Below, in pieces: positions 40,352-53,515 of a DNA stretch of 64,000 nt. This DNA is from Takakia lepidozioides. Lineage: Eukaryota; Plantae; Bryophyta. Position 1 is the stretch's first letter. Each line of letters starts with the position of its first letter. The notes under the pieces were generated by a model. The model had not been told where the DNA came from. It did not search any database and saw only the letters and a program-made list of their open reading frames with translations. The stretch covers positions 77,686,001 to 77,750,000 of the forward strand of contig CM060732.1 in the NCBI GenBank assembly GCA_030704615.1, in the 5' to 3' direction. The translations under genes and the position numbers were made by a program.

Positions 40352-43300
40352 CCCATATGGTCTGCCAAGCTTTTGACCCAACACCTGGGTTAATATTGGA
40401 GCTTCCACCGTGCATCATCCACTTCAGAGAGGCAGGCCACAAAACGCTTGATTTGGGAATTGCCGCAGCCAAATGGTGCCTAACTAATCTGCTCCAAGGA
40501 CTCTGCAGGTGGGTGAAAACCCTAGGTACCCATTTTGCTAGCAAAGCAATAACCTGGGATTGAGGGTCCAGCACCCCAAGGCCCCCATGCTTCCTTTTTT
40601 GAGTGATTTGCGCCCAACTCACAAGAGCTCTTGTATTTGTGGAGATGGAAGTAGCTCCCCAAATGAAGTTACGCACCAGTGATTTAATCTTCTTGATGAT
40701 CAGAGCTCCAGGTGACCAAACAGACGAAGTGAACCAAGAAGAGGCAAGGATGACCTGATTGGCAACAAGAGCTCTGCCCCAAAACACTAGGGAGGATCTA
40801 ATGGAAGTGGAGGGGTCTATGGCGGGAGAGTGGGGGATTTTCAGGCCTAAAGAATCATTTCTCTTATCCATCAGGTGACCCAAGCCATTAGTAGCAATAA
40901 GGAACGGGAATGGAGCTAGAGGACAGCCTTGCTTGACGGATTTAATAAGAGGAAAGCTTTAGACAGGGCTCCATTAACCATCACTCTACTAGAAGCCGAG
41001 GAAAGAAGAATTCCAATCCATGACAGGAAATCGCCGTTGATTCCAGTGGCTTCCAATGCACCCAACAAATATTTCCAGTGGATATTATCAAAAGCTTTTT
41101 GAAAGTCCAACATCAGCAGGGCCAGGGGTTGTTGCGCCACATCCGTGTGAAGGGCTTCATTTGTTAGCAAGATATTGTCAAGTATCATCCTTCTCTTGAG
41201 GAAACCTATTTGCTCCGGCCTTATGAGCTTGGACAGCAGAGGTTGCAGTCTCAGAGCTAGAGCTTTTGCCAGAATTTTGTATGATGAATTCAGCAATATT
41301 ATGGGCCTATAGTTGGAGAGGTTATGACGATCTCCTTTCTTGTATATGAGAGTAATGACTCCTTCCGACATTTGGGAGGGCATGATCCCTTTCTGCAGGA
41401 TGTCATTGGCCATCTTCAAGAAGTCATCTCCTATGCAGTCCCACATTCCCAAGAAGAACTCCACTGGCAGGCCGTCAAGACCAGGGGTCTTCATAGAGCT
41501 CAAGGATTCTGTTGCTTGCAGTAACTCTCTGACAGTGAAGGGCTTGGAAAGCGAAACCTGGTTAGCAGCAGACAGCAAGCAAGGAAATGAGTTGAGGACT
41601 TCGGCTCTTGGAAGTTGAGAGTCTTCATCTTGGGGCTTGAAAAAGAGGGCAGAGAAGAAAGATGCTGCCTCTTCAGCCATTTTCTTTGGTTTGGCCAGAA
41701 CAACACCATCGGAGCCTATCTGAGTTGCCTCTCCCCGCTACTTTGTCTTATGAAAGAAGTAAGCACTCATTTTCTCTCATCTCATTGACTAGTTAACTCC
41801 TGCTCTCATTCTCATAAAGTTCTCCACTTCGGCAGATAAGATGCCCAAGGTTCCTTTTGGAAGTGAGATAAGAGCTCAACATGACAGGATCCTCTCTACT
41901 ATCTCCAATCTCCTTTGACAGTGGGATAAACACTTGGTCAATGCTTTCCTCCTTCTAGTTCTTTCTAGAGCCAATGATCTGGAAAGGGCTTGAGCGAGCT
42001 TCCTTGTGGCCTTAATCTTGTGCAAAAAAGCTATGGTGGGAGACACAAAATTGTTTCCAGCCTCAGTCCAAGCCTGCTTGAGAGATTGAAGATGGTCAGC
42101 ATTCTTCAAAACAGAGGGGTTGAGCTTGAAATAACCCCTCCCTCTGGAGTAAGAAGCAGGAGGTGTGAATGAGACAACGACTGTAGCATGGTCAATATCT
42201 GGTAGAATCGGTCCTTGAGGCAGACATGTGGACCATGACAATGGGGAGCAATAAACCATGTCCAGCCGTGCCATGCTGAGATTAGGGGGAAGACGCATAT
42301 TAGACCAGGTGAATTTCAAGGAATCCGCCGAGACTAAGGAAGCGTCAACCAGCCCCACCAAGAAGCATAGCATGTCCCAAGCAGTTTGTTCGGAGCCAGA
42401 GAGGAGTTGTGAGGAGTGTGCCAAACGGTCATCAAAATTATCCACCATATTGAAGTCCCCCGTGACCACCCAGTTGGTAATGTGTGGAAGATTAATAACT
42501 TTCTCTCGAATGGAGTCCCACAAGGTAGCACGCTCCAAGGAAGAATTCAGAGAATAGATGTTTAGGAAAGCAGTGAGACCAGAGCTAGAATCTGGGAGAG
42601 TAATTGCACATTGCACACGGCCCTGCATCCAAATCTGCACTTCGTGGAGACCATAGCAGGGGAGACCATAATCGCCGTATTACCCCTTGAAGATGTAACA
42701 GTCGGGTTTTACCAACAGAGACTTGGCTGCCAAAAAGAGTTGCCAATAGAGTTGATTTTAGGTAGATCCAACTTCGTTTCTTGAAGGAAGATGATGACTG
42801 ATGAGGATGCCAAGGAAGAGGCCCATTTCTTAATCCTTCTACGCTTCGGTGCCGAGGCATCAGAGCCTATAACCTCGCACGTTCCAGGAATGGAGTGTGC
42901 AAGTCATGGAGGGAACAGGGCGCAGCCCTTGAGCCTATGCTCAAGATTTGACGGCTGAGAAGGATGTCTGCTCTAGTGAAGAGAAAACAAGGAGATCCAT
43001 AGCAAGAAAAAGCATGGGTGATTGGGTCTGGTCCATACCCACTTTTGGGATTGTAACAACTCGGCTATGAGTCTTCGGAGACTGAGGGTTTCTCCATCCC
43101 ATAAGTGGGACTTGTGATTGCAGACAGAACTGTCCATCAGATGATAGAGCCAACTGGGGATGAAGCATGGTTGGAGGTGGGAGCAAATGTTGATATGCCA
43201 GGAAAGGAAATGGCTGCCATCCAGGCAAGAGGTTTGAACATAGACTTCTTTCTCAGTGGGGGAGGTAGCCCTGACCCTCCCATCCCAGCCATCACAAGGT

Positions 43301-44107
43301 GACCCCACAATTAGAAAGGTAGGCCACTGAAAGCAAGAGGAAGATTCAGAGCTCACCTGAGAGGGGGAGGCGATCTCCATATCTGACAGAGTGAAAAATT
43401 GCTCCTCCCAGGGCTCTTCAGACTCGTCTCTTGGGTTTCGTTGATTGTAGAGGATTTGTTCCACAATCAGCATACCTGCCTTGTAAATAGCCTTCAGAAA
43501 GGGTCTGTTACCTGCATCACCAAATTCATCTGGAATTTCCTTCCTAGTTAGCCAGGTAAGAAAAGAGAAGGAAGCATCTTGAAGGCCCAGATCTGAAAGC
43601 CTGAATGTGGGAAGCAGCTGAACGAAGAATTTTCCGGAGGAACACCTATGCAAAAAAGAGCCAAAATAAATAGGTGTGGACGGAGAGATAGTGAGATGAG
43701 GAAGAAGAGAGATGAAGATACTTTGGACCTTGGCAAAAATAACTTCTATCTCTTTGCCAGGGGAAAGAGAGAGGAGGTCCTCTGGAAAAAACTAGGAGCC
43801 TGCAAAGGTGTCACCTCCAGTGGCCAACATGGCAGTGGCTCCTTCAGGGAACCATACACAATTGGAATGACATGAACAGCCACCAGCAGAGGCCCATCTG
43901 GCCTGAAGTCATCAGGGATCCCCAACCTCATAAAGGATTTGAGCCTGCAGCAAAAGGCTCCCAGGTTATCCTCCTCCCCATCAGCTAGCTTGAAAAGGAC
44001 AGCTTCCGCTCTGGATCTCGCAATGAGGTTAAGTGGAGAAGCCAACACATCTCGGGGACTGAGAATGCGCGAGGTAGAAGGTGTAGATAATACTAATTGA
44101 GCCACTA
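40352..44107 (-). mobile_element. L1-type LINE: ORF1 remnant (~44105-42940) and ORF2 APE endonuclease-RT (ATG 42907), degenerate
   Basis: MTCTLHSWNVRG, FLNIYS, VTGDFN, FTWSN, ARLD, DH (APE); KTPGLDGLPVEFF, NYRPIILLNSSYKILAK, LDFQKAFD (RT). Confidence 0.9.
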
Positions 44108-45341
44108 TGAAAAAGATCTTACTCTATCAACACAATATATAATTATAATAGAAGACCATGACATCTTAGAAAAGATTCCACAAGATGAATGATTGAGCGT
44201 AATCATATAAGTCTGCATATACAGTTAATTATAAGGGTTGATTTAGATCCAAATAAAAATAGCATAATCTTTATCATATTACTATAATCCGACATATTCA
44301 AGACTGTATCACATTAGGGCACGACGATTATATGTAAATATGACTATGGACTCGTATCTTCAACAAAAAGAAAAAAGAAATGCTTATACTTTTTGTGCAG
44401 TGATTTTTTTCTTAAATTTGAAAAATAGCACGAGTGGCTACAAGAAATAGCTATATATTCTGTTCATCCATTGAAAATTTGGATAGAATCATCCTCCTAT
44501 GTACTTTCATCCATTTATATCATCCACATTTGGCAAATTCATCCATTATTATTTTTTTCCTTGTAGAAGTTTGGCGATTTCATCCATGAAAAAATTGGGA
44601 ATTTACGACAAAATATTCCATTTTAATGTTTTGAGGTCGCCATTTGGCGATTTTTCGCCAAAAAAAAAACCTTTTGAAGGTAGGATGCACTCTGGTGTTG
44701 ATGATATCATCAAGTGCATAGCTTGTAGCATGAGCTCTAGCTTGCGATCTTAGTTATATGTTGGGGAGGGTGCAAGCAAGGGAGGTCTATCGGTCATGAG
44801 ATGTGCGGGGTCGGGACGGTACGAGTGATGCTGAGTACACAAAAGGACGGTTGCGAGACACAAATAGTAAAGAAAGGAGCCAAAACTGGGCTCGTGACGG
44901 CGAGGGCCACGTCTGCTCAATTGTCTCATGTACGGGGGTCTTCAAGGAAGGCAGCATCTGCTTGGGCAGCACAAGGTATCCACGAGATATCCACTGGGCA
45001 TCCGCGCCCAGGGCGGCTGATTGGATCTTCCGCTACCCTGCATAAGCCCCAGGCCTTGGAGAACTTGCGATCTCATGGGTTCAGTGAAGCCGAGTGATTT
45101 AGTACAGTGGGTTAGAGGCATCTTCCTCGGCTGGTGAGGTATGGTGTGGGGTTGGTTTGATCAAAGTCTATGGGACGAGGTTTGCAGATTGCAGTCTGAG
45201 CAACATGCCAGCAAAGCGCCTCAAGGGAAAGAATTCAGCCCTAGGGCAGAAAGGTTGGATGACGCTGGAGATGAAGAGAAGCGAGGTTAGAGAAGATCGA
45301 TGATGCCGAGGTAGCGCATAGGGCCGTTGAGGAGGAGATTA

Positions 45342-46349
45342 ATGGGTGATTCGGTAGATGATGGGGAAGACTGTAAACCAGCCAGGCTAGCAGGTAAAGA
45401 AGAGGTTGCAGAGGATGTTGTAATTCAAAAAGGGGCTGAAGAGGATGAAGCCGTCAATATAGATGTCTTCAGGTTAGACACGAGTATTGCGAGAGTAGGG
45501 AATGCTGGCATTGAGCAGGGGATTCGAAGTGAGGAAGATCATGGAGAGGACCGAAAATCAACGGTGCTTCCAGTTCGCGCAGAAGAAGCTTTAAATTATT
45601 TTGCAGGGAAAGGAACTCCTCAGGCGGATGGATCCGTGGATATCTTTGGGCACGACAAGGATAGGAGGATGGAGAAGGGGGAGAAGGAGGATGGCCCGGC
45701 TGAAAGTAGGAGAATTCTCTCTCAAAGTGGTGGCGGATGCGTAGGGAGGGATGAGGGAGAGCTGGGCCAGTTGAATGGAAGCCAAAGTGGACGGAAGGAT
45801 GAATTTGGAGGGACAACGTGCTCTACAAGTATAGTAGACTCTGCTGCAAGCAGCTGGAAAGAGGTTGATTTGATCGATTGGGGAGACGACTCCCCACGCC
45901 TTTCAGATGTTAAGGGAGGGATGGAAATTCTTGTTGCAGCCCCAGGGATTGAAGGAGCTCCACACAGACAATTAGAATTAGATTTGCTGGATATGGAGAT
46001 GCACACCCCAGAGAGTGGTGTGGTAGAGAGAGCCGGTAAGAAGGGGATCCCAGTTGCAGAAAAAAGTGATGCATACGGTGGGGAGAGGGTGGGCGGGGAA
46101 GAGTGTGAGACCATGGAGGGGAACCCAGTTGCAGAAGAAGACAGTAAAATATGCAGTGTGGAGAAAGAGAGCGGTGGGCGAGAGAGGAAAAATGACGAGG
46201 GTAACCCAGTGGAAGAAAGTGATGCATGCAATGTGGAGAAGCAAGAGATAGAGAAATCAACGTCATCTCCACGTAGCTGGGCTTTCAGTAAGATCATGGG
46301 GAGGAGTAAGACAATTGGCTCTGCTATGGTAAGTTCCCTTCCTATGTGA
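45342..46349 (+). CDS. Acidic low-complexity ORF (~335 aa), possibly the first exon of an unidentified gene
   Basis: Longest non-TE ORF in the window; purine-rich coding bias; possible donor G|GTAAGT at ~46328; no recognised domain. Confidence 0.35.
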   Translation: MGDSVDDGEDCKPARLAGKEEVAEDVVIQKGAEEDEAVNIDVFRLDTSIARVGNAGIEQGIRSEEDHGEDRKSTVLPVRAEEALNYFAGKGTPQADGSVDIFGHDKDRRMEKGEKEDGPAESRRILSQSGGGCVGRDEGELGQLNGSQSGRKDEFGGTTCSTSIVDSAASSWKEVDLIDWGDDSPRLSDVKGGMEILVAAPGIEGAPHRQLELDLLDMEMHTPESGVVERAGKKGIPVAEKSDAYGGERVGGEECETMEGNPVAEEDSKICSVEKESGGRERKNDEGNPVEESDACNVEKQEIEKSTSSPRSWAFSKIMGRSKTIGSAMVSSLPM

Positions 46350-49300
46350 GGGTGTCCTGCTTTCTTTGACTGAAAACGCCTGTTGTCTGCCTTATGTCCA
46401 GGGAAGTCTCTGTGAGCTGAGGACCCTAGTGGTTCTTAATCAGGCAGTTTGCTTGTTAACCCCACTGTAGCACATGACATTACTGACATTGAAAGTTGGA
46501 AGGGCTTTGGTGCTCAAAATTGTTTTGTCCTGCAGCATTGAGAAAGTGTGGAGTCTTTTAAGGGCAGTGGCCAGTTATGAGATCTGCATGCTGGGAACCA
46601 GCTACTAGATGGTTTGATTAGTCTTTGGCTCCTATACCCAAGTCTGACAAAAAATTTGGATGTGAGTATTCCTATGGCAATGAGCCTCCACCAGAGTTCT
46701 CTGTTCAGACATAGCTCAGGTCCCAGCAGGTATGCTCACACTCCGGTATTGGGACTTACCTTGGTATAAACAACTAGTTCAGGATTTTCCAATATCCTCT
46801 AGAAAGCCCTTCGCACAAGCATCAATCTGCTCTGTGTGAGGAGCGCAAAAGTCAGATCCCAACAGGGCCAGGGCTTTAGGTTCAGCCTCAAGATTTTGGA
46901 AGTTGGTGAACAGAGGTGCCGGGACAATGTTCTCGATCGTCCCTACAACCATATTGGCACACACACCTGTAACCAAAGGACTCAATCCAAACCATGGGCT
47001 TTACTCAAATTTGCAGCTTGCATGGGATTCGGGGACATGCATGTGCGATGTTAGACTTGAGTCTTGTAATTCAGAAACAAGCTACTAACATAATGCAGGC
47101 TTCTTCTTTGCTTGGGGGGCAGAAGAATCACATTATAGGCTTATTCCGGTATCAGACATGTCCCGATAAAGGGTGATAGCTGTGGAGTCTCGAAAGACAA
47201 TTTGAAATCCCCAATGTTCCTCTGGCGACTGCACTGCGATAGCCTTTCAAGAGCATACTAGATTCCCACTCTTAAGGAAAACTCCAAGCATTGATCTAGT
47301 GTCTAATTCATTCTCTGCTTGTCCCTTCCCCATGTGACTCTGGTACTGTGAAACAGGAAAGCAATGAAAGTTTGGACACTCTTGTGCATTCTCTTCAGAA
47401 CCTTGAGCCATTTCCAGTTCTAGCATGAGAATTGGCATCATTGACCACAGCCTGCAGAAACTTGCATAATGCCAATGCTAATAGTTACATCGCAGGTAGT
47501 ACCTTTTTCTACCCTTGTGAAATAAGTATGACTCCAGCAGGCTCACCAAGATTGTCCAGCTTTGCATTGAAAGATCTTACATGTATCACAACGCATAAAA
47601 GAGAAATGGGAAGGGCCCCAAGGAGAGACCACCATGGATTGCGGTCGTTGATATTAGGGTGGAAGACATGTGGCCAGGCGTGAATAAAATCTGCAGTGAC
47701 TGACATATACCTGCCACCATTGTGAGCGGTCTTTGGTCCTGGGACTGCACCTCAACTCTCCAGAGGAAGTCCAGTAATAGTCGTCTTTTACTGCCATGTA
47801 TCTCCACAGAGAGGATACAACACTGTGCAAGTGCTTCTTGGCCAATGCCTCCGAACACCAGCTGGCTTTCCTGTCCCATGGTGAAAGTATTTGACACCAA
47901 AGTTTTTGGAGTGAACACTAAGAAAGGGATATGCCAATCTGCAAGTATGTCTGTTATGTGGAGGGATTTCCTTCAAGGGAGGGCATGGCTTTGAAGATTG
48001 TGTCTGGATATCTTTTGCAGAGTCCAGGTTCGTTTGCACACAAGCCACTGCTGGGGAAGAAACTTGACAAGGACAGCAGTCAACACAACTCCAAGAAGGG
48101 TGCCAAGAAAGCAAAGCAAGAAGTACATGTCAACCTGCAACTTCATGTCAAAATGATGCTATGAATTGATTGATGTCTGTTTGTGGGATGAACACCACGG
48201 TCTCCTCAGGAGCTTATGGCTGAGTACTAACATCCTATTTACCCCATTGACCACTCATGTTAATCTTCCCCTTCAGGGAGGGATAAGAAAAAAGAGTACA
48301 CTAAGTAATTGTAAGGGCAAAGGCAGTATGATAGTATGGTTGGTTCAGTTTTTTGCATGAAAACCCAAGGGGATATCTGGACTACTTATTTGCTTGCAGT
48401 TATACTCCTTGATCCCAGGGTTGATTGAGCTATGTGGTAATGACAGATCCTTGAAACAGACTTCCTCTTTCCAGAATTTCATACTGAGGTCAAAGAGAAG
48501 GATTTTATCAAGTTGGCTACAAAAGGAGGTGCACATTCTGTTGGTGTTAAATATTTGTTATGTGCTCATATTATATGCGGCAAGAGTTCTTGGAGGTTTT
48601 GTGGTGAGAAATGTGGTGGACAATGTAGATTGTTGCTGGCCCTTTTGGTTTTTCTTGTATTGGTATCTCCTTGGACCCCTTGCTGTTACAAAAAGCTCTT
48701 TTGGATGTATACCATGTATATATAATTATTTGCTGGATATATGTGAATTAATGTGGTGAGTGCTCTTAATTGCTGATTATGTGGAATTATTTTGTGGGGG
48801 TGGACGCTTTTGCTGTTGCTGCAATTTCTCGGGATCAGTTCTGAAGCTCTTGACTGTGGTGAGGACTACAGTTTTTTCCCTTAGTTTCATGTGCACAGGG
48901 TGTAGGTTTGTAAGTCACCAAAGTGGTTAAAGAGAGGGACATTTCCTTTTGGAAGATGGAAGGGATATTTTCTCAGGCTCTGGTAGCTTGTTAGAAGCAA
49001 GGTTTGTTACTTGTTTAGACATAGATCAATCTTACAGCTTATATTATGTTTGCTTTATACTCATCATGTGAACCCACCCATTGCATGAAGTTACTGTAGA
49101 CAACAATTCTGCTAATATTCCGTGAACAAACCTATGAGTTTGCTCAACGGTATTTAGAAAAATCTCGGCTATTTCAATCACAAGGGCCTGACAGACAGAT
49201 CTATTCCTATCTTCGAGGCATTATGAAGGCGGCGTTGATCCAAGGAGTGGTGGGAAGAATGTAGGGCTTGTCGGTATCTTAATTTTGGATAGAATTGCCA

Positions 49301-52094
49301 GTTTCTCTGAAGATTTCACAGTTTTTTACTACAAAGTTTTCTGTTGTTATTTTGAAAGCGTCTTGCGTTTGCGCGCTTTTGTGCAGGTGGGCAAATCTCA
49401 GAAAACACAAGCTAGGGTGGACAGTCGGGAGGCCAAAGGTGAGATATCGAACTGAGGGGAGACCTTGCCCTCCGACATTCTGTAGCCTTATGAAGAGATC
49501 CAGCCCAGTAGCTTTGGTTGGTCCCACATTGTCACCATGGAACTTGGGTGTGTTGTGCATAGAGCATAATCAAGAGAACAAAGAGAGAAATGTGTTGTCC
49601 ATAGAAGGTGGGACATATTAGAACTACAAGTGAGATTTTAGCAGACTGAATATTTTTTGCTCAGCTTCACCATAGCATCCTCTATGTCAGGTGGTCCTGT
49701 GCTGTCACGGCACTATGATGTAACAATGGCCAGAGAACTCATTGAGTGTTGCCTAGGTGCTGTGGTGCTGACAATCGCTCCGCGCACTCAGAGCAGCATC
49801 TGACAAGGCTCAATGGGTTGAGCAAGCAGTTCAGCTAGCACTGACCTGCAATCACCAGGGGACCCAAAATTTCAAAGAAAGTAAAGCATTAGACAAGGTA
49901 AAATAATCACTAATTGCCCCTGATTGCACCCAATCTCACACGAATCGATGATTTCAATCTGGTCATTTTGGTTATCAGTACAACCCTGATTCCTTGATGT
50001 GATGGTTGCAAATGAAGTTTCCCGAGTCGGTCTAGACACACGAACACACACACACAGGGGATTCTAAGTAGAGCTAGAACACAGGTTGAGAAAGAGCTGG
50101 ACCAAGAATGACAGTTGATGGAGTTGGAGATTACTGTGAATGAGGTTCTATAGAAGGGTGGCTATGTTCGATTACTAGTGGGTCACTAGTCTGTCACCTG
50201 GTGTGGCTTGCTCATAGAAGTTGGAGGCTTTGTCTGTTACTTTAGGACCTAGCTTACAAGGTAATCCTCTAGCTATACTTCACCGAGTTGTATGATTAAT
50301 GTTAATCTACAGAGTTGAGTGGATGAAGATGGTGTTCAAAATTGACAAGCATGAGCTAATTAATTTAAGGTTTTGTTGGGTGTTGCAGCAGCTTTGAAGA
50401 AGAGCAAGGCTGCCTTCTTGTCCAACTTGATGGGTCCTTCTAATAACGCTGTTGGACTGGAGGCCATAAACACAGCTCCGCGTTATATCCATCCATCCAT
50501 TGCAACAGCCCCACGGTCTCCAGATTGCTTACAACCATTGACTGAGCAGGACTTCCATATCAAATCTCATGTGAGTGCCTAGGACATTCCAACTTCTCTG
50601 TCTTGTGGATTGGAAAAATCTTCTCTTCTGGGAACACACTAGGTCACTGGTTTTGATGAGGTGGTGTTTCAACGAGGATGGACTAAGTGTGGCCTCTCTC
50701 TGTGTGCAGCAACCGGATTTAGGGCCTGGTGGGTCAGTTGCGCAAGATGAGTTTATGCGTGGAAGATCAAGGCTCAGCCATAGGGATGAGGTATGCACTC
50801 ATTTTCATCATATGACAGCGATAAGTGGACCAGAATTATGATTCTCACCTAGATTTCAGGAGGGGCACACTATATTGGAGAGCTCATCAGGTGGCAGGTA
50901 TATTGTAGTTGATGGGCATTTGAGGTAAAGTGCTGGGTGTGAAATTGTTTGCAATAAGCCTTCAATGCAAACTTGTAGTCCTAAGGAAAATTCGTATGCT
51001 GGTTGAAGGACATCATTGAGCATATTTCAGCCAGGAACTCAATGAAGTATCTTCCTGAAAATGATGACATGATTGGCCTGTTAAGAGTGGCAGAGCCTTT
51101 GTCACCAGGTCCTCTTTTGAAGTTACGTCTTCAGACCCAGAGTGCACATGCTGCAATATCAAAGTGCATCGTAGGAAAGCACCACACAGTTTGCATCCAG
51201 ATAATAACCATTGTCAGAATCTGATCACAACAAAATTTGTCTTCAAGAATCGCTTGGAGCTTACATGATGACATGAGTGATGACAGGGATAGGTCTGTGG
51301 GTCTTGCAGGAGGAGGAGGAAATGGGGGGGATGGAGCCGACTCAAATGTTCAGTAATCCAACAGTTTATGATGATGATGCAAGTGATTTTGACGATGACG
51401 ATGATAGTGATGATGACTGAACATGAAATATCAGGGGTATTTAGGCCTTTGTAGTGATAGAGAAATGTGTTCATACTCTGGTGAGTCTTTACAATTGCAA
51501 GCTCATTGGTACAGTGGTGACATCTGTAACAAGGGGCAAGATTAGTCAGTTACATTGGCGAAACCTTTAGACGGGGGACCTGGAGTTTGGTTTCGAGGCA
51601 TAAGGGGCTGCAGTGTGTCCAGGAATTGACCAATTCCACTGTGGGCAGAGCAATCTACCGAGGTTTAACATCCTGAGCAGTGGTCAGGGGCATGTTCCAG
51701 GGCATGTTCCAGGCATTCCATGTAGGGGTGTTGGCATTTAAAACACGTTGTAAAATTTGAACAGAATGTATTTTGCAAACTCACTCTTCGTGATTCCTAC
51801 TCCATGCATTAGAGATCAAATCCTTGGCAGTTATTACCCCAAGTTACTGACGATGTGTGAAAATCTGGAGGTCCTTGCATAAAACAGGAATTCCTTCTTC
51901 AGGACTTTTGTGGCAGAAACAGGGGTAGCCAACTTACTGTACAAGTAGCATTCCAGAAGCAACTTTGGTTTCAGGATTCCATCTGGAACTATCTGCAAGA
52001 CCTTGGAAGAGCCACAACATGCAGCAAGTAATTATCACACTATGATCATGACAAAATGAAATGCTTTGGTGCTCTAACATGGACGCATGCTGAA

Positions 52095-52306
52095 CGTATC
52101 TTACAAAAGCATAGCCAAATCATTGGCTCTGCGCATTCAACCCCTGCTCCCATCTCTTATTCCTACTGGTCAGGCAGGCTTCATTAAGGGCAGATACATC
52201 TTGGACAATGTCCTTTTGGCCCAGGAAGCACCTATCTACGCAAAGAACACTTAACCAAGCGTTAGCTCTATGGCTTCTTGACTTTGAGAAAGCATTTGAT
52301 ACAATG
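52095..52306 (+). mobile_element. LINE reverse-transcriptase fragment
   Basis: AKSLALRIQPLL..GQAGFIKGRYILDNVLLAQEA..LLDFEKAFD. Confidence 0.8.
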
Positions 52307-53480
52307 TCCAGGAATGTCGTGTGTTGCATCATGCATCATGCATTGATAGAGTGTCCAGAGCTGTTATGAAGTGCAAGGGCAGCAAAATGAGGAGCAACTG
52401 TACTTCCTGCTCACTAATGTGACATTGTATTGCGATGTTTGAGAGTGAATGTGACGCAGTTGTTGTTGAATCTATTTACATCTCACACTCGCTGTGAGCC
52501 CACAGTCGCCCCCCTGCAATTTTTCTGTTGGAAGAGCCCATGAAGACAGACCTGGTTATTAGGTGCAGCATCGCAACGGAACAAAAGGAACACCTTCTCC
52601 AGATTTTATGCCAAGCTGTGCAGAGCAGGACCTCTAGGATGGAAGAAGGGAAATGAAATGAAATGAAATGAGATGGTACTTTAAGAGAGAGAAGAGTGTC
52701 AAAACAAAACCCAACTCCTGCGTGGGAAAATCCCACTTGTGTACAAAATGAGGTGGTTACTAACATAAGGGTGCAGCCAGGCCGATAGCAACAAACCAGA
52801 AGGAGAATGAGTTATCTTTTGAGAAAGCCATATATGGCAACCATGGAGTATTTTTAGCTTTTCCGAGAAAAGATGTCCGTGCATCAAACGCTTCACAAAA
52901 ACAGTCACTCTACCTGTACAGGTAAGTACTATATAAACTCAAAGTTTACTTTACAACTGAGTAGCAGGAGTCTAGCAGGAGTCGGATTGTAGTTGCGTAC
53001 ATTGATTGCCTCTGGACAAATTACCACCAGTATGTGAGCTCGAGGGGTAGGGGATGTCTTGACTTCGTTGGCTCACATACAGGTGGTAATTCTCCAGACG
53101 CAACAGATTGCGGGATGATATAGAAGTTGAGTAATTAATAACATGGGTAGGGTGCAGTTGCCAATGAAGATCATAGAGCAGCCTACTAGCAGGAAGGCTA
53201 CCTCGAAGAAGCAATATTTCTCCTCTCTTGAATCAGCTCGGCCCCAGTTACGTACTCCGGGTGGATTTTCAACGGTTTTGAGACATGTGCTGCACGTCGC
53301 CCGCAACCGGCATACCAAGAGTGATCCTAAACGAGAGTAATTTGCTCCTCGTCTCATGCGATCTTGTCACGGTCCTCAGGGATTAAATTTGCATACCTAA
53401 TGATCATGTCCTCAATTGAACCGTTGCAGTATTTGAAAAACTTTGCCCGATGGTCCCATAATGAGAACCGCTACAACGAC
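52307..53480 (-). repeat. Inverted copy of 2712-3866
   Basis: Reverse-complement identity with small indels. Confidence 0.92.
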
Positions 53481-53515
53481 GTCACACAAAGTTGACAACT
53501 CAAACGCTTTTCTCT
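53353..53515 (-). pseudogene. MIKC*-type MADS-box fragment (1-bp frameshift at ~53432)
   Basis: KAFELSTLCDVVVAVLIMGPSGKVF..YCNGSIEDMIIRYANLIPEDRDK; N-terminal MGRVKL part absent. Confidence 0.75.
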
